A stretch of 64,000 nt of DNA from Candidatus Zhuqueibacterota bacterium (GTDB taxonomy: Bacteria; Zhuqueibacterota; Zhuqueibacteria; Thermofontimicrobiales; Thermofontimicrobiaceae). The stretch lies in the NCBI GenBank assembly GCA_049322915.1, contig JBMOPW010000014.1, forward strand, positions 1,018,774 through 1,082,773, given 5' to 3'. The position numbers were made by a program, and so were the translations under genes. The notes below the pieces were generated by a model. The model did not search any database. It was not told where the DNA came from and saw nothing but the letters and a program-made list of their open reading frames with translations. Shown here piece by piece: positions 9,543 to 18,292 of this stretch (position 1 is the first letter of the stretch; every line of letters begins with the position of its first letter).

Positions 9543-10596
9543 ATTTTTCCAGTATGCGTTGTATCCATTCTCTCTGGTCTATGGTCTCGTTGTGTGGCTG
9601 CGGAATCGGTGCTATGATCTGGGTCTCTTCAAAACATACCGGGTCGAACAGTGCACGGTCATCAGCGTCGGAAATATTTCCGTTGGAGGAACTGGCAAAA
9701 CGCCGGTGATACAATTATTAGCTTCCTTAATAAAACAGAGAAAAAAGAAAGTCGCCGTGCTGAGTCGGGGCTATGGCCGGCAGAGCAAAGGCACCCGGAT
9801 TGTCTCCGATGGAAATAAAATTCTGGGCAATGCCAGGGACTGCGGCGACGAACCTGTCCTGTTAGCGCAGCGTCTTGAAGGCGTACCTGTTGTGGTTGAA
9901 GGCGATCGTTACAAAGGCGCGCAATTCATCGTGGAACAATTTAGTCCTGACGTCATTTTATTAGATGATGCGTTTCAGCATCGGAGATTGCATCGGGATT
10001 TTGACATTGCCCTCGTCGATGCCCGCGTTGGTTTTGGGGGTGAATTTCTTTTACCGGCCGGTTTTCTGCGCGAACCTGTGAGCAGCCTCAAACGCGCCGA
10101 TCTTATCTGGCTGACGCGCACAGATCAATCCGGCGAGCTAACAAGTATCATCGGGCGGATCGAGACTGTCACGAAGGTAGCGAAAATTGAAAGTGTGCAT
10201 GAAGCGACTGCCCTGGTCTCGTGTTCCACCGGCGAAGCGCTGTCGCTTTCACAACTCCTGAATAAAAGAGTCCTGCTTTTCTCAGGTATTGGTCATCCTG
10301 ATTCGTTTGAGCTGACCGTGGCCGGCTTCAAACCAAACCTCGTTGGACATGTACGATTCTCCGATCATCACCGGTATCGTCGCTCAGACATCGACATGAT
10401 TGTGAAGATGGGGGAGACATCGGAAGCGGATTTCATTGTGACAACTGAGAAAGATTTTGTTAAAATTGTCGACTGGGTTCAGGAATATCCCATGCTTTAC
10501 TTTGTTGCCATCTCAATTAAAATCACAGGCGGGACAGGGCTGGGCACTTCAACGTTGAGAGAATTATTCATTCAAACAAGCGATTCAGAAAACTAA
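9523..10596 (+). CDS. lpxK: Tetraacyldisaccharide 4'-kinase
   Basis: SVGNISVGGTGKTP, LSRGYGR, GDEP, LDDAFQH, PAGFLRE, TTEKD. Confidence 0.95.
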   Translation: MTIFHHKFFQYALYPFSLVYGLVVWLRNRCYDLGLFKTYRVEQCTVISVGNISVGGTGKTPVIQLLASLIKQRKKKVAVLSRGYGRQSKGTRIVSDGNKILGNARDCGDEPVLLAQRLEGVPVVVEGDRYKGAQFIVEQFSPDVILLDDAFQHRRLHRDFDIALVDARVGFGGEFLLPAGFLREPVSSLKRADLIWLTRTDQSGELTSIIGRIETVTKVAKIESVHEATALVSCSTGEALSLSQLLNKRVLLFSGIGHPDSFELTVAGFKPNLVGHVRFSDHHRYRRSDIDMIVKMGETSEADFIVTTEKDFVKIVDWVQEYPMLYFVAISIKITGGTGLGTSTLRELFIQTSDSEN

Positions 10597-10631
10597 AGGC
10601 TGTATAAATTTTCTATCTGTTGAAAAAGTGC

Positions 10632-10660
10632 TTGTAAATTTAAATTAAATTTTTTATTAT
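10632..10660 (+). promoter_or_regulatory. Putative sigma70 promoter for the NtrC-type regulator
   Basis: TTGTAA-17 nt-TATTAT, followed by an AGGAG RBS and GTG 10700. Confidence 0.5.
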
Positions 10661-10699
10661 ACAACTGACAGAATATAGGGCAAGCGACAGGAGAATAAC

Positions 10700-12082
10700 G
10701 TGACAAATTCGGGACGGATTTATAATATATTAGTCGTCGATGATGATAAAAATATCGGGAAGCTCATCAAGAGTATTCTGCTCCTCGAGAAAAATTATGA
10801 AGTCGTCAATGTCATCAACGGCGAAGCGTGTTTGAAGTTCATTCAGGAGCAATTGCCAGACCTGGTCATCATGGATATTCAGATGCCAGGCATCGATGGG
10901 ATCGAAGCGCTGAAGAAGATAAAGGAGTTCGATTCCCGCATTCCCGTCGTGATGATGTCCGCCCACGGCAGCATCGAAAAAGCGGTGAAGTCAATGAAGC
11001 TTGGCGCTTACGATTTTATCACCAAGCCCCTGGACCAGGATCGGCTACTGATCACCGTGAAAAATGCGTTGATGACCAGTTCCCTCAAACAGGAAGTGGA
11101 CGAATTAAAAAGTGAACTGAAACAGAAATATACCTTCAGCAATATTGTCGGGCAAAGCGGCGTCATGCAGGAGGTGTTCAAATCAGTTGAAAAAGTTGTG
11201 AACAGCAACGTGACCGTTTTGATACAGGGAGAAAGCGGGACTGGAAAAGAGCTCATTGCACGGGCAATTCATTATCATAGTAAAATCAGGGCGAGTAAAG
11301 CGTTCGTGGCTGTGAACTGCACTGCATTGCCTGAATCGCTGCTGGAAAGCGAGTTGTTCGGTCATGAGAAAGGCTCGTTCACTGGCGCTTCAGGTCGACG
11401 CATCGGGCGATTTGAACAGGCGAATAATGGGACGATTTTCCTCGATGAAGTGGGATTGATGACGCCCACCACGCAGGCAAAAGTGCTGCGGGTTTTGCAG
11501 GAGCGCGAATTTGAGCGCGTCGGTGGCGCTGAACTGATCAAAGTTGACGTCCGGGTCATTTCAGCCACCAACCGCGATCTCGAAGATGCCATGAAAAAGA
11601 GTGAGTTTCGCGAAGATTTGTATTATCGAATCTCAGTGTTCCCCATCAGACTACCGTCATTACGGGAGCGAAAAGAGGACATACCGCTTCTGGCTGCCCA
11701 TTTCCTGAAAAAATATAGCGACCAGGAGAATAAACAGATAGAGGGGATTTCGCCTGACGCTTTGGAATTGTTGATGGCATACAACTGGCCTGGCAATGTC
11801 AGGGAATTGGAAAATGCGATCGAACGCGCAGTCGTCCTGTCAAATGACGATGAAATAACAGCTAAGGAATTGCCATCGGCGGTGCGTTCACTTGGCGAGA
11901 AAAAATTATATGAAGCAGATAATACACTTTCAAGTTGGATAGAGAAATTGGAGGAAGAAGCGCTGCGCCAGGCTTTATTGGAGAACGAGGGAAATATTTC
12001 CAAGACGGCCAAAAAGCTTGGAATTGGTCGCGCGACAATCTATCGCAAGGCGAAGAAGTATGGCCTGCCGATGGTGAAGTAA
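10700..12082 (+). CDS. Sigma54-dependent response regulator (REC-AAA+-Fis HTH, NtrC family)
   Basis: VVDDD and MDIQMP receiver, GESGTGKE, ESELFGHEKGSFTGA, WPGNVRELEN, C-terminal HTH (GIGRATIYRK). Confidence 0.95.
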   Translation: MTNSGRIYNILVVDDDKNIGKLIKSILLLEKNYEVVNVINGEACLKFIQEQLPDLVIMDIQMPGIDGIEALKKIKEFDSRIPVVMMSAHGSIEKAVKSMKLGAYDFITKPLDQDRLLITVKNALMTSSLKQEVDELKSELKQKYTFSNIVGQSGVMQEVFKSVEKVVNSNVTVLIQGESGTGKELIARAIHYHSKIRASKAFVAVNCTALPESLLESELFGHEKGSFTGASGRRIGRFEQANNGTIFLDEVGLMTPTTQAKVLRVLQEREFERVGGAELIKVDVRVISATNRDLEDAMKKSEFREDLYYRISVFPIRLPSLRERKEDIPLLAAHFLKKYSDQENKQIEGISPDALELLMAYNWPGNVRELENAIERAVVLSNDDEITAKELPSAVRSLGEKKLYEADNTLSSWIEKLEEEALRQALLENEGNISKTAKKLGIGRATIYRKAKKYGLPMVK

Positions 12083-12092
12083 TCGAACTTAG

Positions 12093-12125
12093 AAAAGACT
12101 GATAGCACATGCGTCAGTCTTTTTT
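12093..12125 (+). terminator. Intrinsic terminator after the NtrC-type gene
   Basis: AAAAGACTGAT / GTCAGTCTTTT stem running into a T tract. Confidence 0.7.
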
Positions 12126-12430
12126 ATTTACAGCTATTCGACTACCCGTTGAAAGGTAGCTTCCTGCTTCCCGGGGAGGCTGAAAAGTGTTACGCCTCCG
12201 GGCAGGACGAATATCTCGTTCCTGTCTGCTGCATCATTATCTTCAAATTGTTTCCTCTTCATTTATTGAATAACTCCCACATACAACACCATATCTTTCT
12301 CAAAAAGAGAATTCCCTTTTTTTGCAAGCAGTTGGAAATCCGATTTTTCCACATTGTGAGATAACATCATTATCGAACAAGGGATTAGCACGTTTGAAAA
12401 ATCGCATTTTTTCCACAGTGGTTTCTTTGA

Positions 12431-12508
12431 TGTCTCATTATGAAAACCCTTCATTGTGCTATATTGAAACATTTGTTTCAGTACTATACATCGTCTCAAT
12501 GTATAACA
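12431..12508. promoter_or_regulatory. Array of four imperfect 17-bp palindromes (TGTYTCA-N3-TRARACA-like), candidate enhancer sites
   Basis: TGTCTCA-TTA-TGAAAAC (12431), TGTGCTA-TAT-TGAAACA (12455), TGTTTCA-GTA-CTATACA (12474), CGTCTCA-ATG-TATAACA (12492). A fifth, TTCCACA-TTG-TGAGATA, is at 12347. Confidence 0.55.
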
Positions 12509-12584
12509 GAATAATCAAAAGACATAACCATAATAGAATCAATATTAATAAACTGATAGGAAAAACTAAAATTCAAAATATTAA

Positions 12585-12600
12585 TGGTATAAAAGTTGCA
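12585..12600 (+). promoter_or_regulatory. Putative sigma54 (-24/-12) promoter
   Basis: TGGTATAAAAGTTGCA = GG-N10-GC with TTGCA, about 55 nt upstream of ATG 12654. Confidence 0.7.
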
Positions 12601-12653
12601 ATTAATGAGAAATATCAATTTTATAGCATATTAACCCAAAATTTGAAAAGTGA

Positions 12654-13778
12654 ATGGAATCAGGAAAAATAGTCCCATTAGTGCGCAAGATTTGTGCCTG
12701 TAGATATTCTCCCAGTGATCTCACAGATTTTGTAAACATTTCCCAGAAGATAGCCATCAGCTATTTGAAATATTTGGAGGTCATTGGTCGGAATATCCGG
12801 CCCAAAAAATCAGAGGGGGTAAATGAATTAGAAGATGTTGCAATTGATTGCATTGCCGGATTATTCATGCGAAATGAAAACGGTGAATTCATTCAATTGC
12901 AACGTTATTTTGAACCACAGATAAGGCAGTCGTCCGAATTCAGTGAAATTGAAGCTGCCAGCATGCTTCGCAGATTGATTGTCAAAAAGACAAAGCAAGA
13001 GTTGTCCCGAATTTTCAGAGAACGCGATCCTGAAGGTGCGAAAATAATCCGAAACATTAAAGTCGCCATCCGAAGCTCGAATGAATTGACGTCTTTCAGG
13101 GAGATGGGGCGTGAATTTGTTTATCTCGAATCGGTGTCCGACGATGATACGGTAGCCGAAGAGAATCTCTTTTTGAACGTAGCAAATTCAGCGGACGTCG
13201 ATGTGATGCCACGGACTTCTCTCAAATCGGAGCGATTGAAAAATCCGATTCCTGAAAAAGTGCTGTTTCAAAGTTTTCTTCATAAGTACAATCCGTCCGA
13301 TTCTGTGGCAACGATGATGAAGAAAATGTTGACCATTGTCGGTGACCACCCTGATTATCAGAGGTACCTGGCGATTGATGTTATTGCTTCCATCATTCGC
13401 GACGTCACTTTCCAGCACGTCCGCGAGAAGCTTTCGAACACAGTGGATAACCATTCACCGATGAGCGATTTGCAGACGAAAGAAATCGACCAGGTCAACG
13501 TGGCAATTATTGAACTGATTCAGAAGAAGATCAATCAGCAATACCTGGTCAAGAAAAAGGTATCGCCGGAAAAGGCGAATATTTATGGCCGGGCGATCGT
13601 CGATTTTGTCCATGAAATGACCCAGGGAAAAGAGACTGATTCCAATTTCAAATATTTGAAACGTTACATTCCCACCTTGACTCAGCAGCAATACCGGGAA
13701 AATGAACGGTCCATATTTGAGTACCTGGTTAAAATTACCAAAAAATCACTAAGAAAAAAACTAAAAGAGCTATTATAA
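12654..13778 (+). CDS. Hypothetical protein, possible highly divergent sigma70/ECF-like factor
   Basis: 374-aa ORF. ELEDVAIDCIAGLF and RRLIVKKTKQELSRIFR resemble sigma region 2, and the basic terminal helix KKSLRKKLKELL resembles a region-4 end. Precedes a zf-HC2 gene. The ORF is solid, the function is inferred. Confidence 0.55.
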   Translation: MESGKIVPLVRKICACRYSPSDLTDFVNISQKIAISYLKYLEVIGRNIRPKKSEGVNELEDVAIDCIAGLFMRNENGEFIQLQRYFEPQIRQSSEFSEIEAASMLRRLIVKKTKQELSRIFRERDPEGAKIIRNIKVAIRSSNELTSFREMGREFVYLESVSDDDTVAEENLFLNVANSADVDVMPRTSLKSERLKNPIPEKVLFQSFLHKYNPSDSVATMMKKMLTIVGDHPDYQRYLAIDVIASIIRDVTFQHVREKLSNTVDNHSPMSDLQTKEIDQVNVAIIELIQKKINQQYLVKKKVSPEKANIYGRAIVDFVHEMTQGKETDSNFKYLKRYIPTLTQQQYRENERSIFEYLVKITKKSLRKKLKELL

Positions 13779-13980
13779 TTTTCCGTAAAAAAGGAGACTT
13801 GTTTGTATATACTATGTAAACTTAAATAGAATATAACGCCACAAGGCAACAGAACGGGACTTAACTATTTTGAGCTTTTGGGGATCAACAACAAAATCGT
13901 AATTCGATAGAATATTCAACCAAGTAGAAATAGCGTGAGTCCTTTTTTGTTTTAGGACATTTCGATGATTCATTCAAATC

Positions 13981-14577
13981 ATGAGAAATAGAGAGAAAAA
14001 CGATTGCCCTGATCTGCTTCTCATCGAAGCCTATGCTTCGAAGCAGAAGCTATCTAATGAAGATCAATCCCTTCTGTTGAAACATCTTGAGCTTTGTAAT
14101 CGGTGCAGTGATATAGCGACAGAGCTCCAGCGGTACTATGAAATCTTCAATGACGAAATAAGAAAACCTGCCCATAATTCCTTGTTCAAGTTAGTCGATA
14201 AAATCGAGCAGGGACGTGTCATCGTAGCGGGCGTCTTACTGCATCCTGAAGAGCCGCTGAACTCTCATGTCACGCTTGGATACCATTCCGAGATTGTGCT
14301 GACAAACGAAAATCTTCAACCCGTTGATCTTGATGATCTGGACTGCATCCCCGTCGATGAAGATGATATTCTCATTCGAGCGATCCAATCTATCTCAACG
14401 TTGGAAACTACGTTGTATTTGTACTCGCACAAAGAAAAACTGTATCACAATGTGACGCTTGAAATGGAGTCGGGTCAGAAAGTATATTCGAGCGATCAAG
14501 TAGGAAAAATCGAAGTTGGCAGTTTCGATTTGAATAGCCTGGACAACCAGTACATTTTAGTGACTCCGAAGCGATAA
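13981..14577 (+). CDS. Soluble zf-HC2 (ZAS-type) anti-sigma-like protein
   Basis: N-terminal C..L..Y...L...HLELCNRC (HxxxCxxC). No hydrophobic TM segment. Acidic, beta-rich C-terminus. Confidence 0.65.
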   Translation: MRNREKNDCPDLLLIEAYASKQKLSNEDQSLLLKHLELCNRCSDIATELQRYYEIFNDEIRKPAHNSLFKLVDKIEQGRVIVAGVLLHPEEPLNSHVTLGYHSEIVLTNENLQPVDLDDLDCIPVDEDDILIRAIQSISTLETTLYLYSHKEKLYHNVTLEMESGQKVYSSDQVGKIEVGSFDLNSLDNQYILVTPKR

Positions 14578-14725
14578 TCGATGTTGCACCGTTCCCCTGT
14601 GAGTGATTTTAAATTTCAGAAAATTTACCGATTCCTTCTGTTTGCTTCCCCATCAGAGATGTGTTATCTCAATTCCAAAATTAATAGCTGTTTTATCCTG
14701 ATTTATTTTACAATTTTCCGTGTAT

Positions 14726-15790
14726 ATGAAAAAACCTGGTTACACTGAAATATTCTTTTTCATTGCGATGATCATTGGCATCAAGGCTCATTCCTGTCTG
14801 ACTGCTGAAGTCATTTATTTTATCCATCAGCCTCAAATGGCACTTGAGCAGCGCATTCAATCTGCATTGCATCTGGCGATGAAAAAATTCGATGGCAGAG
14901 AAATCTGGTTGGCGTACTCGCTTGATTCAAACGCCGTGCAGAGCCTTGATGCGCAGACTTCGCATCAGGAAAGGATGGAGCAGCAACCACTGACGCAGCT
15001 TCTGATGCAGGATGCTGCCGGTCTACCAGCCCTTCTCGTGTTAGATTATTCGCTGGAATCTGGCTATCCGTATTTGCACCATGCCTATATCTTTCCGGAA
15101 AATGACCGGGGCACGGAGGAAATCCGGCCAACGATCTGGTTGGGCGTGCGCAGCGCCAAACAAAGCCTGGATTGGCTGCAGAAACAATTTTATATATCAA
15201 AAAGCCCGACTCTCAGCAAACAGTTGGTGCATTGCATCGGTATGCACGGTTGTGAAGAAGCTGTTATCGAATTCAATCGGGCGGTTCTCTTCTCCCAATT
15301 TTCAGAGCCGATAAAATCTGAAGCGCTCGCCGGACTGAGCCTTCAGGAGGCGCCTGCAAGCATCCGAACCATCGTCTCGGTTTTCTCGATGAACAATGCG
15401 CCGAATCTCAAAAAGCGGGCTATCGCCGAACTGAGTCAAATGCAGGATGAACGGGCGCATCGGTATATTTTTTCCATTGCGTCGAGCGGGAAAGATGTGC
15501 GCTTGCGGAAAGAGGCAATTTTCTGGCTGGCTCAAATTGGATCGGACCAGGCAATTCAGGTACTACTGCAAATTTTCAGTTCTGAACTAGATCCGGCGAT
15601 GAAAGAGTACACGATCTTTTCGATCGGACAATTGCCCCAGGGACGGGGTCATGAAATTTTATGCCAAATAGCTGAAACCAATTCCGATGAACGAATGCGG
15701 GAAAAGGCCAGATTCTGGATGGGCCAGTCCAGCGCTCAGCGGTTCAACGTTCTGTTGAAAGAAATGTCCGATGAGCAATCTGTAAAATAG
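14726..15790 (+). CDS. HEAT-repeat protein with N-terminal hydrophobic segment
   Basis: Repeats LKKRAIAELSQ, LRKEAIFWLAQ, MKEYTIFSIGQ, MREKARFWMGQ. N-terminal IFFFIAMIIGI. Confidence 0.75.
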   Translation: MKKPGYTEIFFFIAMIIGIKAHSCLTAEVIYFIHQPQMALEQRIQSALHLAMKKFDGREIWLAYSLDSNAVQSLDAQTSHQERMEQQPLTQLLMQDAAGLPALLVLDYSLESGYPYLHHAYIFPENDRGTEEIRPTIWLGVRSAKQSLDWLQKQFYISKSPTLSKQLVHCIGMHGCEEAVIEFNRAVLFSQFSEPIKSEALAGLSLQEAPASIRTIVSVFSMNNAPNLKKRAIAELSQMQDERAHRYIFSIASSGKDVRLRKEAIFWLAQIGSDQAIQVLLQIFSSELDPAMKEYTIFSIGQLPQGRGHEILCQIAETNSDERMREKARFWMGQSSAQRFNVLLKEMSDEQSVK

Positions 15791-15839
15791 ACAGAAGACG
15801 TTGGGGGGTAAAAACTAACCGGCGATGATGCTGTAACAG

Positions 15840-15866
15840 AAAGGGCGAATATTCAATTCGCCCTTT
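15840..15866. terminator. Hairpin terminator between convergent genes
   Basis: AAAGGGCGAAT-ATTCA-ATTCGCCCTTT perfect stem. Confidence 0.7.
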
Positions 15867-15870
15867 ATCG

Positions 15871-15993
15871 TTACGACTTCTCTGACTTTTTTTTCGTCTC
15901 GTCTGACTTCTTCATTGCGTCAGCGACTTGCTGTTTTTTGTATTTTAATTGGTCTTGATTCTTAAGAATTTTTTTTGCCACACGCTTTTTCAT
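15871..15993 (-). CDS. Small lysine-rich protein (40 aa), absent from the ORF track
   Basis: GGAGG RBS 5 nt before ATG. Translation MKKRVAKKILKNQDQLKYKKQQVADAMKKSDETKKKSEKS. Starts 17 nt after the PMM stop and ends just before the terminator. Confidence 0.7.
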   Translation of the reverse strand: MKKRVAKKILKNQDQLKYKKQQVADAMKKSDETKKKSEKS

Positions 15994-16010
15994 GATTGCC
16001 TCCGGTTTAT

Positions 16011-17384
16011 TTAAAAATCAGAATCGTTAAATTTCACATCCGGGTATTGTCGCATTTTATGTTTAAAGATGGATATGATTTCCTTCAAACGCGTCTCGGT
16101 CTTGGCTTCGAATCGAAGCACCAGAACGGGTTGCGTATTTGAAGCGCGAACCAGTCCCCAGCCATCGCCGAACAGGACGCGAGCGCCGTCGATATCAATG
16201 GTCTCGTAGTCCTTTTTGAAACTTTTAGCGATGTCGGCTACGACATCGAACTTTGTATCGTCGGAACAATCGACGCGGATTTCCGGCGTGCTGATGAAAT
16301 AAGGGATATCATCGATCAGTTCCGATAGTTTCTTTTTTGAACCGGCGACGATTTGTAACAGCCGGCCTGATGCATAGATGGCATCGTCAAAGCCAAAATA
16401 ATCATCGCCGAAAAAGATATGCCCGGACATTTCGCCGGCGAACGGCGAATTCACTTCCTTCATCTTGGCCTTTAACAACGAATGGCCTGTCTTCCACATC
16501 AATGGTTTACCGCCGAATTTTTGAATATATTCCGGCAGCGCCTGGGAGCATTTCACATCAAAGACGATGCTGGCGCCCGGTTTCCTCTGCAGCACATCGC
16601 TGCTGAACAGGGCGATGAGCCGGTCAGCGTAAATTTGCCGGCCAGTTTCATCGATGGCGCCGATGCGATCACTGTCACCATCGTAACCAATCCCAATATC
16701 CGCATGCGTTTCCAATACTTTTTTCTGCAGATCCACGACATATTTGGGAACGGTCGGATCTGGCAGATGATTGGGGAATCTCCCATCCGGCTCGCAATAA
16801 AGTTCTATCACTTCACACCCCAGCGATTCCCAGAGCTGAGGGGCTATGGTGCCCGCAGTCCCGTTGCCAGCGTCGATGACCACTTTCAATTTTCGATTGA
16901 GCTTGATTTTTGATTTAATCGTTTCCACATACGTGGGAATCATGTCCTGGGATTGGGTTTTCCCGTTGCCTGTTTCAAAATTGGAGTCGCCAATAATCTT
17001 TCTCAGATTTTGAATGCCGCTGCCATAGATGGATGCAATACCTTCGCACAATTTCAACCCATTGAATTCGATGGGATTATGGCTGCCTGTCACCATCACG
17101 CCGCCATCAACGTTGAGGTGGACAATGGCAAAGTAAAGCACGGGTGTCGGTATCTGGCCGAGGATGATCACGTCGCCGCCTGTTGCCGTTATTCCCCTGA
17201 CGAGCGCATTCTGAATTCTCTCCGATGATAATCTCACATCGCGACCTACCACAAATTTTTTCCAGCCATTTCGCCGCATGTAGGAACCATAGGCCTTCCC
17301 AATGAGTTCGATTGCCTCATCGGTCAAATCATGCTCGGCTATTCCTCGAATGTCGTATTCCCTGAAGATGTTTGGATTGATCAC
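16011..17384 (-). CDS. Phosphomannomutase/phosphoglucomutase (AlgC-like)
   Basis: IFREYDIRG, TGSHNP phospho-Ser loop, DGDSDR, GEMSGH, RASNTQP. Confidence 0.93.
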   Translation of the reverse strand: MINPNIFREYDIRGIAEHDLTDEAIELIGKAYGSYMRRNGWKKFVVGRDVRLSSERIQNALVRGITATGGDVIILGQIPTPVLYFAIVHLNVDGGVMVTGSHNPIEFNGLKLCEGIASIYGSGIQNLRKIIGDSNFETGNGKTQSQDMIPTYVETIKSKIKLNRKLKVVIDAGNGTAGTIAPQLWESLGCEVIELYCEPDGRFPNHLPDPTVPKYVVDLQKKVLETHADIGIGYDGDSDRIGAIDETGRQIYADRLIALFSSDVLQRKPGASIVFDVKCSQALPEYIQKFGGKPLMWKTGHSLLKAKMKEVNSPFAGEMSGHIFFGDDYFGFDDAIYASGRLLQIVAGSKKKLSELIDDIPYFISTPEIRVDCSDDTKFDVVADIAKSFKKDYETIDIDGARVLFGDGWGLVRASNTQPVLVLRFEAKTETRLKEIISIFKHKMRQYPDVKFNDSDF

Positions 17385-17401
17385 GCCAGCCTCCTATACA
17401 A

Positions 17402-18289
17402 TTAGTTACAGCTTAATTTTGCTAATATGACACGGGGTAATTTATTCAAATCATAAATGACTTCGATGGAGTGAAAATGGGCGGCGCCGGCGAAGATATG
17501 CTGCACCGCCTCTTTCTGCGTTGCGCCAATTTCAACGGCAACAAAGCCGGGCTTTTTGAGCAATGTCCGGGCAAGTTCAGCAATTCGATGGTAGAATAGA
17601 GTCCCGTCTGTCCCGCCTTTGAGGGCAACCGCTGGTTCGTAATTTCGCACCTCGATGGGCAGATCATGAAATTCGTGATCAGTGATGTAGGGCGGATTTG
17701 AAACGATCGCATCGAACGCCCGCTCCGTTGCAAACAGCGGTTGAAATATATCCCCTTCGAAGAATTCGATTTTATGGTGAACCTGATGGAATTCCGCATT
17801 GAGTCTGGCGACTGCCAGCGATTCCGCTCCGATGTCCAGCGCTGTGATGTTTGAATTTTCAAGATGCTTCGCTAAGGCAATGGCAATATTGCCGCTGCCG
17901 GTGCCAATGTCCAGCACCTGAATTGATTTATCCGGCGAATCATTGGCCTTCAGTTCGTTTAGCACGGTTTCCACGAGCAGTTCTGTTTCAGGGCGTGGAA
18001 TGAGAGTGCTTTTATTCACGCTCAGTTTCAGCGAAAAGAACTCTGTTTCACCGGTCAGGTACTGAATCGGCTCGTGTTGGGCGCGGCGCTTCAATGCATC
18101 CCGCAGCGCTGCCAGTTCAATGGGAGAGAGCTGTTTTTCGAAATTGAGATAGAGCTGGACGCGATTCATTTTTAGCACATGCGCGGCAATGAGTTCAGCA
18201 TTGAGTCGAGCATTTTCGAACCCGCGCGATTTGAGAAAGTCCGTTGACATGGTGATAATATCGATCACTCGATAAATTTTATCTTCCAT
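17402..18289 (-). CDS. prmC: Release factor glutamine methyltransferase
   Basis: LIPRPETE, DIGTGSG, SNPPY. Immediately downstream of prfA. Confidence 0.95.
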   Translation of the reverse strand: MEDKIYRVIDIITMSTDFLKSRGFENARLNAELIAAHVLKMNRVQLYLNFEKQLSPIELAALRDALKRRAQHEPIQYLTGETEFFSLKLSVNKSTLIPRPETELLVETVLNELKANDSPDKSIQVLDIGTGSGNIAIALAKHLENSNITALDIGAESLAVARLNAEFHQVHHKIEFFEGDIFQPLFATERAFDAIVSNPPYITDHEFHDLPIEVRNYEPAVALKGGTDGTLFYHRIAELARTLLKKPGFVAVEIGATQKEAVQHIFAGAAHFHSIEVIYDLNKLPRVILAKLSCN

Positions 18290-18292
18290 GCG

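Noticed and set aside
12149..12672. Short ORFs between the NtrC-type gene and the sigma-like gene
   Set aside because: AT-rich and overlapping the palindrome array and sigma54 promoter. Better explained as regulatory DNA.
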